64,000 bases of DNA from contig CAWAIK010000004.1 in the NCBI GenBank assembly GCA_963782115.1, positions 64,001-128,000 on the forward strand. Reading direction: 5' to 3'. The translations under genes and the position numbers were made by a program. The DNA comes from an uncultured Verrucomicrobiae bacterium. Lineage in GTDB: Bacteria > Verrucomicrobiota > Verrucomicrobiia > Chthoniobacterales > JAFAMB01. Of this stretch, positions 10,300 through 18,822 are shown piece after piece (within the stretch, counting starts at the first letter, position 1; each line of letters begins with the position of its first letter). The notes beneath the pieces are model-generated. The model worked only from the letters and a program-made list of their open reading frames with translations. It was not told the DNA's origin and searched no databases.

Positions 10300-10730
10300 C
10301 CCGGCCCTTGGGAACGGCGCGTACGATATACTGAATGCCGCCGTTCATCTGCCCTGCCGCTACCGAATCCTCTCCACCAAGGATCATTGCATCGCTGGCT
10401 TTCGCCTCGCGTCGCATAGATCGCGCCGCAGATCGGCCATGCCACCGCGCAGCTCGACCATTCCCACCTGAATCCCGTGGTTCGCCAGTTTCAGCCATGC
10501 CGCCATCCCTTACGGTTTGGGGCGGCACAACACCGGCTCGGGGACTATCTCTCGCTGGACATTGATTGCCGCTGCGGAAAGTCTCGCCATCGATCGCCAT
10601 ATGCGACCTCGCATCTTTTCAGCGCGTCAGATCTCGCCCAGGCATAGCCGATCAAAATGCGAGAGTTCTCAAAACTCGTAACAAGGGTGTTATTTCGAGA
10701 ATATCGTTTCAAGAGAGGTTTTTGAGAAGA
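10300..10730 (-). pseudogene. Highly degraded serine resolvase with possible res-like site
   Basis: Minus strand reads LIGYA..., later GGMADLRRDL. Upstream inverted repeat TCTCAAAA / TTTTGAGA at about 10667-10727. Confidence 0.3.
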
Positions 10731-10852
10731 GTAAGTTCTTCATCCTCTGGATCTGCCTGCGCATGCGAATGGACTCTCGAAATCAGTCGTTTTCTAGATT
10801 CTTGCCTCCAAAATCATAGACATAATTGGTCGAAGATTTGCAAGCAGCAGTA

Positions 10853-12472
10853 TCACGCAGCATCGAGGAGATTGACAATGTCTTGGATGGCCCTGTCCGC
10901 CTTATAATAGGCAGCTTCAAGTTTGCTCTTGGGCCGATGGTCGGTGTCTGGTTGGTGGTGAAAGCGACTGTTAGCAAGTGGACCGCACAAACGCTTGTGG
11001 AAGAATAAAAACAGCAGAGCGACTTGGAAGCCTTTGCTGGTTAGGCGATAGGCGTATCGTGAGCCGTCACGTTCGATCAGGCCGTGGCCCTTGAGTTTGC
11101 GCAGGTCGTAGCGAAGTTGGTTGAGACCGTAGGCCTTTTCGGAAAGTTGGAAGCTCTGGAGAATGACTTGATGAATGTGCTTGGCGCTCCAGCCGCCGAG
11201 ATTGTTGCCGGCATGCAGAAGAACCTCCAAGAGCCGGATGATGCGGGTCTCATGGATCTTTATACCCGCGTAATAGACCGAGCCGGTGACGATCGGCAAG
11301 GCCATGCGCTGGAGCAAAGGAAAGTCCACGTGGACGTTTAACCACTGGGCCTGGAGTCGGGCAAACCGATCCGTGATCGCCAGGAACTTGGTGCGTACCG
11401 CGTTCAAATTCTGCAGGCCTTTCTTAAGGGCAAAGTCGGAGAGGTTATTTGAGCAAAGTTCATTGCGCAGCAAGGTGCAGAACTTTTCGTACTGCTTCAA
11501 AAATGCATTCTTCCAGTAAGCACGGAAGACATGATGACCATGTTCAATCTGATCGATGACGGTGCCCAGTTTACCGCCCAGTCGCTTATGGAGTCGCACG
11601 CCGAAGAGTTCCGAGATCCGGTTGGCAGTCAGTCGCCAAAGCCCGATCTCGCAGCTGCGCTCGAAAATCTTATGGATCGGGAAGTTGCGCTTGAAGATGA
11701 AGTTGCGGCAGTACTCTATCTGCCCGATGGCGTAAAAGCGCGACAGGTTGATCTGATTGCGCTCGGCGCGGGAGAACTTCGGTCCCAGGATCAGTGTCCA
11801 GTAGTCGAGCTGCTTTTGAATGATCTGGGGACTAAGCCGATCGGCGGCAGCCTGCAATGCCGCGACATCGTCGATGGCTAGAAATGCGTTATCGTTCTTG
11901 CGGAAGGCGACCTGGGCTTTCTTGAGCTCCTGTTCGATAAAGGAGTGGCCGTTTAGATAATAGGTGGCCTGAAAGGGCAAGAATGACGCTAAGCGCATGA
12001 CCATCGCTCCAAGCACTTCATCGTAAATGTAGAAGTAGTAGTGCGTGAAGCGGCTGCGTTGAGGCGCCAGGATCCGGTGGTTGGGGTCCTTGGTCGGATA
12101 CTTCGGCACGCTGATCCGGAAGGTGGGCCCTTGTTCCATGCTCTTGAAAATGAAATAAACTCCGTAGGCGTTCTTCTTGCGCATTCGGCGCAACCAAGGC
12201 AGCACATAATCCTCTTTACGGACACCTTTTTCGGCCCACTGGATGGGGATCTGGTGGTTGGCGGCAAAGGCTTCCACCCACTTCTGGTAGTCATTGGTAC
12301 GCTGAGCGATCACCTCCTTGCTCAGGATGGGAACTGCGATCACCTGGCGAAAGAAATGAACCACTTGCTCGGGCCGAGACAATCCGCTCAAATAGCCGTT
12401 GATGACGATCCGATCGAAGCAGTGGTATACAAAGAGCAGCAGCTCACCGAAAAGCTTTTCGAACAGTTCCAT
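10853..12472 (-). CDS. Putative transposase/replication-initiator-like protein with C-terminal winged helix
   Basis: CFDRIVING, HYYFYIYD..LG, YLNGHSF, LKQYEK...LRNE, YDLRKLKGHGLIERDGSRYAYRLT. Confidence 0.75.
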   Translation of the reverse strand: MELFEKLFGELLLFVYHCFDRIVINGYLSGLSRPEQVVHFFRQVIAVPILSKEVIAQRTNDYQKWVEAFAANHQIPIQWAEKGVRKEDYVLPWLRRMRKKNAYGVYFIFKSMEQGPTFRISVPKYPTKDPNHRILAPQRSRFTHYYFYIYDEVLGAMVMRLASFLPFQATYYLNGHSFIEQELKKAQVAFRKNDNAFLAIDDVAALQAAADRLSPQIIQKQLDYWTLILGPKFSRAERNQINLSRFYAIGQIEYCRNFIFKRNFPIHKIFERSCEIGLWRLTANRISELFGVRLHKRLGGKLGTVIDQIEHGHHVFRAYWKNAFLKQYEKFCTLLRNELCSNNLSDFALKKGLQNLNAVRTKFLAITDRFARLQAQWLNVHVDFPLLQRMALPIVTGSVYYAGIKIHETRIIRLLEVLLHAGNNLGGWSAKHIHQVILQSFQLSEKAYGLNQLRYDLRKLKGHGLIERDGSRYAYRLTSKGFQVALLFLFFHKRLCGPLANSRFHHQPDTDHRPKSKLEAAYYKADRAIQDIVNLLDAA

Positions 12473-12507
12473 GGGAACTTGACTCTACTCCGAAACTGGA
12501 GGACAAC

Positions 12508-12891
12508 GTGAACCCTAAAAAGATCAAGAGTGGACCAGCAAAACAATGGATGAAGGGCAAGGATTTTCGCCTGGCTAAGGAGATAAAATACATTCAGCGT
12601 CAGGCGGCTGAACACGACGGACGCTTTGTCACCACCGGACCGCTGGTATTCTTTTCGACCCAAACCGGGGATGCATGGATGCTGGACCCCTCATGTCAAT
12701 TTGCTGCCCGACTCGCCCGCGATGGGGATCCGGAACCCATCGACTTCGAGGAAACAGACACTCACTACGCCATCGGCTGGAAAGGTAACTACCGCATTGA
12801 GGGCCGCGCATTTGTCTACATCGATCGCAAGTCCGGCCGGATCATCACGGTCCTTGGCTATCCCACTGCCAAAATTGCACAATTGGGCTAA
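12508..12891 (+). CDS. Hypothetical passenger protein of element 2
   Basis: 127-aa ORF (LVFFSTQTGDAWMLDP) starting 35 nt from the large gene and divergent from it. Confidence 0.65.
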   Translation: MNPKKIKSGPAKQWMKGKDFRLAKEIKYIQRQAAEHDGRFVTTGPLVFFSTQTGDAWMLDPSCQFAARLARDGDPEPIDFEETDTHYAIGWKGNYRIEGRAFVYIDRKSGRIITVLGYPTAKIAQLG

Positions 12892-13381
12892 ATAGAAAAA
12901 ACTGGTCGCCGCCTGTCCGGCAAAACGCAAATCCCCGGGTCGCCTTCCGAACAAAGTCCCAAAAGCTTTTGCAGGTTGACAGCCGCAGCGAGGAACGAGC
13001 GAAGTGCTGTCGAACGCAAAATACCGTTACCTCCCAGCGCGGAGCGAAGCCTGATCAAGGGAGAAACGAAATAAATGTGCAGGGGCCCGCCTCCGGCGGG
13101 AAGGATGCCGTTTATGTCGGATTCGACCTTGAGCAGGCGTAGCGCAGCGCTACGAGGGCTGAAGCCGCTAACCAAGCTACCCACAGGGAATGGAGAGAAC
13201 GTCAGAAAATTTCAAATATGTTTGGTTAGATCTAGAATGGGACTATTCCGTGAATTTTCCGTCTATCTTGTGTTTCAAGGCATTAATGACCACTTCTGAT
13301 GATGCGTTAGGGTCACCACACTTTTGTCGCGAAACGTCCCGGCTGCCTAATGGCCATCATTACATTACTCCAACGCTCCGA

Positions 13382-16348
13382 TTAAAAGCTGATTCTGAAT
13401 CCGCCGGTTACAGCATTTGAATCGTAGTTCCCACGCCCAAGCTGCCCGTCGTAGTTTACATAGGTTGAAATAGCAGGTGTCAATTGAGCCGAGACCCCGG
13501 CGCTCAGCACCGCGCTGTCGTGCCCTTCGTTGGGCCCGAAGAAGGTCGCCGATGGCCCGGGAATCCCGGCAATACCGGCAGTGATTGGAAGTGCAGAATA
13601 CTTGTACTCATGTTCCCAGGCCGCTTTGAGCGATGGCTCGATCAGGATCTTTCCGATCTGCCACTGGTAAAAGGCTCTGAAACCGAAGTCGCTCCGTAGA
13701 GACTCGGCGGAGCCCGAATGGATCGCTAAGGGCGCAACCGAGCCGTTCTCGCTGAATCCGTCAATGTTCATGTAGGTATATTGAAGCCCGGCGATTGGAC
13801 CTACGCTCAGATGACCAAAGTGGAAATCGTACCCGCCGCTGACAAACGTGCTCCACTCGGCGCCCTCGGTGCCGCCGGTGGCTAGCCCTCCCAGGCTTGA
13901 GCGGTTCGACTCATAGTTGTTGTGGCCTCCATAAATAGCGCCATTGAGATAAATCCCGTGGTTGAACCAGGTAGCGTACAACCCGCCTCGTCCACTATTG
14001 ACATCGATATCACCACTCGGATTGAGAGCGGTCCAGGTATGCGAGTACTCGCCCATCACTCCGATCGCCAGTTGATCGGTGATGCGATAATCGACGCCCA
14101 GGCTTACCCCACCGGTGGTGAAGTTGTAACCATTTGCATTCCCATCCCCGTCCACATTGACAAAGTCACCGAAGCCACTCACCCACACGCCCCATCGGTT
14201 TTGAGGTCCGGGCTGGAGGATCGGTTCCACGACGCCTTTGGAGGATTTTCCGTCCACGCCGGCTTTGTCCTCCAGATTTACCGTGACGCCGTTGACCTTC
14301 ATGTTGGAACTGAAACCGTTGGATCCGCTACGGATATCGTCCAGCCGGCCTTCCAGGTTCAATCTTTGAATGTTCGCGTTCGAAAAGCTGATCTCATAAA
14401 ATGCTGTCAGACCATCGGGAGAAATTTTCTCGAAGTCACCTGGCAGATTGACGACGGGCTCGTTGCTTAGGAAGGAAATCAACTGTGCCTCGCGTGGATC
14501 CAGTGCCATCTTGTCGAGTAGTTTCGCCACAGCAAGCTGGTTAGAAGTTTGGGCGAACGCTGCAAAGTCCGAGCCGAACTCCAGCACAAGAGTGTTCGGC
14601 CCATAAATTAAGTCCAGGGTTATCACCGGACTGAACTGATCAAGAACACTGTTAAACTTTCCCGAGATCCCGCCCCCCGCGCTCACCAGGGTTAGTTTAT
14701 CAGAAATCTTCGGTTGAAAACCATTCAGTGAAATCAACTGCAACGTGCCGCCCAGAGTCGCATGCCCACTCACGTTCAGGAAATCGTATTGGCCGGCTGC
14801 GGTGCCTCCGATACCCAGCTGCAAGGTACCGCCTGCGTTCTGCGTGTAATTGCCCTTCACGTTGATCGTCTGTGAGTCGGCCCCCAAGACTCCTCCATTA
14901 ACTACTACATCGCCCAGGCCTAAGGCTTGTGCGCTGGCCACCACCAATGTGCCTGCATCGAGTCCGGTGCCTCCGGTGTAGGTGTTGTTGCCCGAGAGCG
15001 TCAGCGAACCGGCACCGATCTTTGTCAGTGAGCCGGAATTGATGATGTCGCCTGAGAAGGTCGCATTGAAGCCGTTGGTATCGATCGTCCCGCCATTGGC
15101 TAGTAGCGAAATCGTTCGCGAGGTGACCAGGTCTCCGGTGGTTTTCACGGTGCCTCCGTTGAAATCCACGAATTGTCCGAAGCCCAAAGGAGTTAACGCC
15201 GCGTCATTGGCGACTGAAATGGGACCTCCTTGCGCCACGATGATGTTCGGCCCAACGAAGAACCCGAAAGCAATTGGAAAACTTCCCACCGCAATGGGCG
15301 CGCCAAGCACGGTGTTTGTTGCCGTATTGATCACCGAGACCGTGCCGTCATTGCTGTTGGTCACATAAACATACTTACCATCTGGAGTAACGTCGATGCC
15401 TAGAGGCTTATTTCCCACCGTAACGGAGCCGACCACCGTGTCCGTCGCAATATCAATCACCGAAACCGTGTTGCTGTTGACCGCGCCGCTGCCATTGTTG
15501 GCAACATAGGCAAATCTACCATCTGGAGTGATCACAACGCCGGCAGGGTCATTCCCGACCCCGATGGGTGGGCCAACCGCCGAATGCGTTGCCGTGCTGA
15601 TCACGGAGACTGTGTTGTCGCTATTGTTAGTTACAAAGACGTACTTGCCGTTCGGCGTGACGGCAACTCCAACAGGGCTATTTCCTACTGCAATGGGCGG
15701 ACCTATAACCGTGTTCGTGGCCGTGTTGATCACCGAAACCGTAGTGCCGTGATTGTTCGCAACATAGGCATACTTGCCGTCCGGAGTGATGGCCACGCCA
15801 AATGCTCCACTTCCCACCGTAATGGGCGAACCAAGTACCGTGTTCGTCGCCGTGTTAATCACGGAAACGGTGTTGCCGGCAAAACCCTGAATATTTGTAT
15901 TCGTCACATAGGCATACTTGCCGTCCGGGGTAACGGCAATGCTTGCGGGTTGACTTCCCAGGGTAATGGACCCGATTACCGTGTTGGTCACGGTATCAAT
16001 TATCGAGATCGTGTTGCTGCCGTTATTCGTAACATAGGCGTATTTGCCGTCCGGCGTGACAGCCACCCCTGCAGGTTGACTTTCCACCGTAAGGGGCGAG
16101 CCAACGACCGTGTTCGTCTCGGTATCGATCACCGAAACACTGTTCGAGCCAGCATTTGAGATATACGCACTCACTTCGATTTGGCCATCGCAGGGGCGGG
16201 AGGCCCAAATGCAAGTCCCGACGAAAACCGCGAATACCCATGCCGGATTGTCCAATCTGTGGCTGGCTCGTCTGCCACTTTTAAACCATCCAGAGGTTGC
16301 TGATGCACAACCAAACAGCTTCCGCTCTTTCATGCTTTTCATTTCCAT
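13382..16348 (-). CDS. Type Va autotransporter with YVTN beta-propeller passenger
   Basis: Six TP(D/N)G(K/R)xxYV repeats, autotransporter-associated LTKIGAGSLTLSGNNTYTGGT repeat, C-terminal barrel ending RISF. Confidence 0.92.
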   Translation of the reverse strand: MEMKSMKERKLFGCASATSGWFKSGRRASHRLDNPAWVFAVFVGTCIWASRPCDGQIEVSAYISNAGSNSVSVIDTETNTVVGSPLTVESQPAGVAVTPDGKYAYVTNNGSNTISIIDTVTNTVIGSITLGSQPASIAVTPDGKYAYVTNTNIQGFAGNTVSVINTATNTVLGSPITVGSGAFGVAITPDGKYAYVANNHGTTVSVINTATNTVIGPPIAVGNSPVGVAVTPNGKYVFVTNNSDNTVSVISTATHSAVGPPIGVGNDPAGVVITPDGRFAYVANNGSGAVNSNTVSVIDIATDTVVGSVTVGNKPLGIDVTPDGKYVYVTNSNDGTVSVINTATNTVLGAPIAVGSFPIAFGFFVGPNIIVAQGGPISVANDAALTPLGFGQFVDFNGGTVKTTGDLVTSRTISLLANGGTIDTNGFNATFSGDIINSGSLTKIGAGSLTLSGNNTYTGGTGLDAGTLVVASAQALGLGDVVVNGGVLGADSQTINVKGNYTQNAGGTLQLGIGGTAAGQYDFLNVSGHATLGGTLQLISLNGFQPKISDKLTLVSAGGGISGKFNSVLDQFSPVITLDLIYGPNTLVLEFGSDFAAFAQTSNQLAVAKLLDKMALDPREAQLISFLSNEPVVNLPGDFEKISPDGLTAFYEISFSNANIQRLNLEGRLDDIRSGSNGFSSNMKVNGVTVNLEDKAGVDGKSSKGVVEPILQPGPQNRWGVWVSGFGDFVNVDGDGNANGYNFTTGGVSLGVDYRITDQLAIGVMGEYSHTWTALNPSGDIDVNSGRGGLYATWFNHGIYLNGAIYGGHNNYESNRSSLGGLATGGTEGAEWSTFVSGGYDFHFGHLSVGPIAGLQYTYMNIDGFSENGSVAPLAIHSGSAESLRSDFGFRAFYQWQIGKILIEPSLKAAWEHEYKYSALPITAGIAGIPGPSATFFGPNEGHDSAVLSAGVSAQLTPAISTYVNYDGQLGRGNYDSNAVTGGFRISF

Positions 16349-16830
16349 TTTGTGAAGTTGTAATGGCCGTCCCTGGAGCAGTAATTCACCGTTGGGCGGT
16401 TCAATCGTTCGATGGCTGGTCTGCGGCTATCGACTGACCTGGGGCTTCCACTGACGCCGTGTTTAAGGGATTGCCGAAGAGCATCGGCACCAAACGGGCA
16501 CAAAAAGGACCGCCACATATGGAATCGATTCCTATCTATGGAAAATTAATAAAGCAACGATTTCTATGAAAAATTCACTCTTGCAACTGTTAGATCACTC
16601 GCCGGCCGAGCCCCAGCCCGAGTTCGTTAAGCACCACGTTCAACCCGGACCGAGGGTTAAGCCGCAGCCGGTTGAGGGCAATGCGCGATATCTACCGCCG
16701 ACGCCGAATTGACCAGCTCTTAACTGGTCACGGCCAGGTGCAATCCAGAACGTGGTTACGCTGGGCAATAAGTTTGAAGCAACCGCGAACCAGTTTCACG
16801 GGTCAAGACCTGTTAGAGGAGCCAGGTCGA

Positions 16831-16952
16831 TTATGCCAAATAAAGCGCAAAAAGTTATGCCAAATAATTCCCAAAGTGACAATTTGTTTTGTACCCATCT
16901 GCCCTACTCTTACAGCATCCCAACGTAGTTGACATAACCGCCTCATTTATGT
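16831..16952. promoter_or_regulatory. Candidate recombination site: accessory direct repeats plus core inverted repeat
   Basis: TTATGCCAAATAA at 16831-16843 and 16855-16867; ACATAA-N9-TTATGT at 16932-16952. Confidence 0.55.
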
Positions 16953-16994
16953 ACTAATGACTAGTCGAATCGACCAATCTAACTGGTGTTTGTC

Positions 16995-17240
16995 ATGCGC
17001 GAAGTTCAGGCCTCCGAGGCCAAAACCCATCTACCCCAACTCCTCGACGACGTGGAACGCGGCGAGACCGTCGTCATCACCCGCCACGGGCGGGCAATTG
17101 CCCGGATCGTACCCGAGGCGCACCACCGGCAAGAGGAGGTTGACCGGGCGATCGACAGTATCAAGGCGCTGCGCAAGCACACCGGTAAGATCACGCTGGA
17201 TGAGCTGCTGTCGGCCCGACACGAGGGGCACAAATACTGA
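16995..17240 (+). CDS. Phd/YefM-family antitoxin
   Basis: EAKTHLPQLLDDVERGETVVITRHGRAIARIVP. Stop overlaps the toxin start. Confidence 0.92.
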   Translation: MREVQASEAKTHLPQLLDDVERGETVVITRHGRAIARIVPEAHHRQEEVDRAIDSIKALRKHTGKITLDELLSARHEGHKY

Positions 17241-17656
17241 TGCCGTTCGTTCTCGATGCCTCTATAGCTGCATGCTGGGCCTTCGAGGACGAAGACTACC
17301 CCGCTGCAACCTTGGCACTGGAACGTATTCGGACCGATGAGGCGCGGGTTCCAAGTCTGTGGTGGTTTGAGGTGCGCAATACCTTGATCGTCAATGAGCG
17401 GCGTGGGCGGCTAGCCGAGGCCGACACCGCCGCCTTCCTGCGCGGGCTTTCCCGGCTTTGGGTGACAGTTGACCGATCACCGGACGAAAGTGCGGTCCTC
17501 ACACTCGCACGCAAGCACCGGCTCACCGTCTACGACGCAAGCTACCTGGAGCTTGCGCAACGCGAGACCCTCCTGCTTGCAACGCTTGACACAGACCTCG
17601 TACGCGCGGCACGCGCCGAAACGGTGCCTCTTTTCGATCCACGGGGCACACCATGA
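17240..17656 (+). CDS. vapC: VapC PIN-domain toxin
   Basis: FVLDAS...EVRN...YDASYLELA...LATLD PIN motifs. Confidence 0.92.
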   Translation: MPFVLDASIAACWAFEDEDYPAATLALERIRTDEARVPSLWWFEVRNTLIVNERRGRLAEADTAAFLRGLSRLWVTVDRSPDESAVLTLARKHRLTVYDASYLELAQRETLLLATLDTDLVRAARAETVPLFDPRGTP

Positions 17657-18648
17657 ACCAGCTATCGTTACCCCTGCCTCTGCCTTGCTTCCGGGCCCAG
17701 CTCTTCGCGCCAACGCCAGAGGCCGCGAAGCGCGTGCTTGAGTTTTTCACGGCCCAGATCAACAACGACCACACCCGCAAGGCCTACCTGGCTGCAACAC
17801 GACATTTTGCCGACTGGTGTGGCCTGCACGGCATCCAGCAGCTCGAAGACGTGCAACCGTTCCACGTCGCCGCCTTCGTCAAGGATATGGAGGGCCATGT
17901 TGCGACGCCCACGGTCAAGCAGCACCTTGCCGCCATCCGCATGCTGTTCGACTGGCTGGTGACCGGCCGCATCATCGACGTGAACCCGGCGCACGCGGTG
18001 CGCGGCCCGAAATACGTCGTGAAGAAGGGCAAAACTCCCGTGCTGACGGCCGTGGAAGCCCGAGAGCTGCTTGACAGCATCGAGGTCGTCAAGAATACCA
18101 AAAACAAGGAGGGCGCTGAAACGGAGGAACCGGACTTAACCGGCTTGCGCGATCGCGCACTCATCGGCGTGATGGTCTACACCTTTGCCCGCGTGAACGC
18201 GGTCATCAATATGAAGGTGAAAGATTACTTCACGCAAGGAAGGCGCGGCTGGGTCCGCCTCCACGAGAAAGGCGGCAAAGAGCACGAAGTGCCCTGCCAC
18301 CACACGCTGGAGCAATATCTGGACGAGTATATTCAGGCGGCCGGAATCGCCGGCGACGCGGACGGCCGACTCTTCCGCACGACCGGCCGCAAGACCGGCG
18401 AGGCAGGGGCAATGTGGCAGCAGGATGCTTACCGTATGATCCAGCGCCGCTCCGCGGTCGCAGGCATCGAGACAAAAATCGGCAATCATACCTTCCGGGC
18501 CACCGGCATCACTGCCTACCTTAAAAACAAAGGCGTGCTGGAACACGCGCAAACTATCGCCAACCACGCTTCCCCGCGCACAACGAAGCTCTACGACCGC
18601 AGGTCGGATGAGATTTCGCTAGATGAAGTAGAGAAGATCGCGATTTAA
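17653..18648 (+). CDS. Tyrosine recombinase (Xer/TnpI-like)
   Basis: RDRALIG...FAR, EKGGK, HTFR, NHASPRTTKLY catalytic motifs. ATGA overlap with vapC. Confidence 0.93.
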   Translation: MNQLSLPLPLPCFRAQLFAPTPEAAKRVLEFFTAQINNDHTRKAYLAATRHFADWCGLHGIQQLEDVQPFHVAAFVKDMEGHVATPTVKQHLAAIRMLFDWLVTGRIIDVNPAHAVRGPKYVVKKGKTPVLTAVEARELLDSIEVVKNTKNKEGAETEEPDLTGLRDRALIGVMVYTFARVNAVINMKVKDYFTQGRRGWVRLHEKGGKEHEVPCHHTLEQYLDEYIQAAGIAGDADGRLFRTTGRKTGEAGAMWQQDAYRMIQRRSAVAGIETKIGNHTFRATGITAYLKNKGVLEHAQTIANHASPRTTKLYDRRSDEISLDEVEKIAI

Positions 18649-18658
18649 CAGACTTTCC

Positions 18659-18690
18659 TACTACGCCATATCGTCCTTTATGTCGTAGTA
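18659..18690. promoter_or_regulatory. Candidate recombinase core site downstream of the recombinase
   Basis: TACTACGCCATA-N8-TATGTCGTAGTA: 12-bp arms with one mismatch. Confidence 0.55.
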
Positions 18691-18822
18691 CTCAGCCCTG
18701 CTCGTCCCCCCCGTGATACCGGCGGCTGGTTGCTATCCGCAGCGCCGACCTCGCAGACTCGTCCATGCCGCCGCACCGTGGCAAGCGAGCGAGGAGCGTG
18801 GTATTACTCTAATACGGCGTCT

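Larger units (their letters stand above)
10793..13236 (-). mobile_element. IS-like element 2 (539-aa gene, divergent small ORF, structured non-coding segment)
   Basis: TCTAGA at 10793-10798 and 13231-13236 flanks the unit. Boundaries are inferred. Confidence 0.5.

Noticed and set aside
9794..10600. 268-aa - strand ORF
   Set aside because: Overlaps the traM-like gene antisense and has no recognisable motifs. Better explained as decayed resolvase sequence.
15280..16170. ~126-nt periodic repeats resembling an array
   Set aside because: They are the coding YVTN blades of the autotransporter. There is no repeat-spacer structure and no cas genes.
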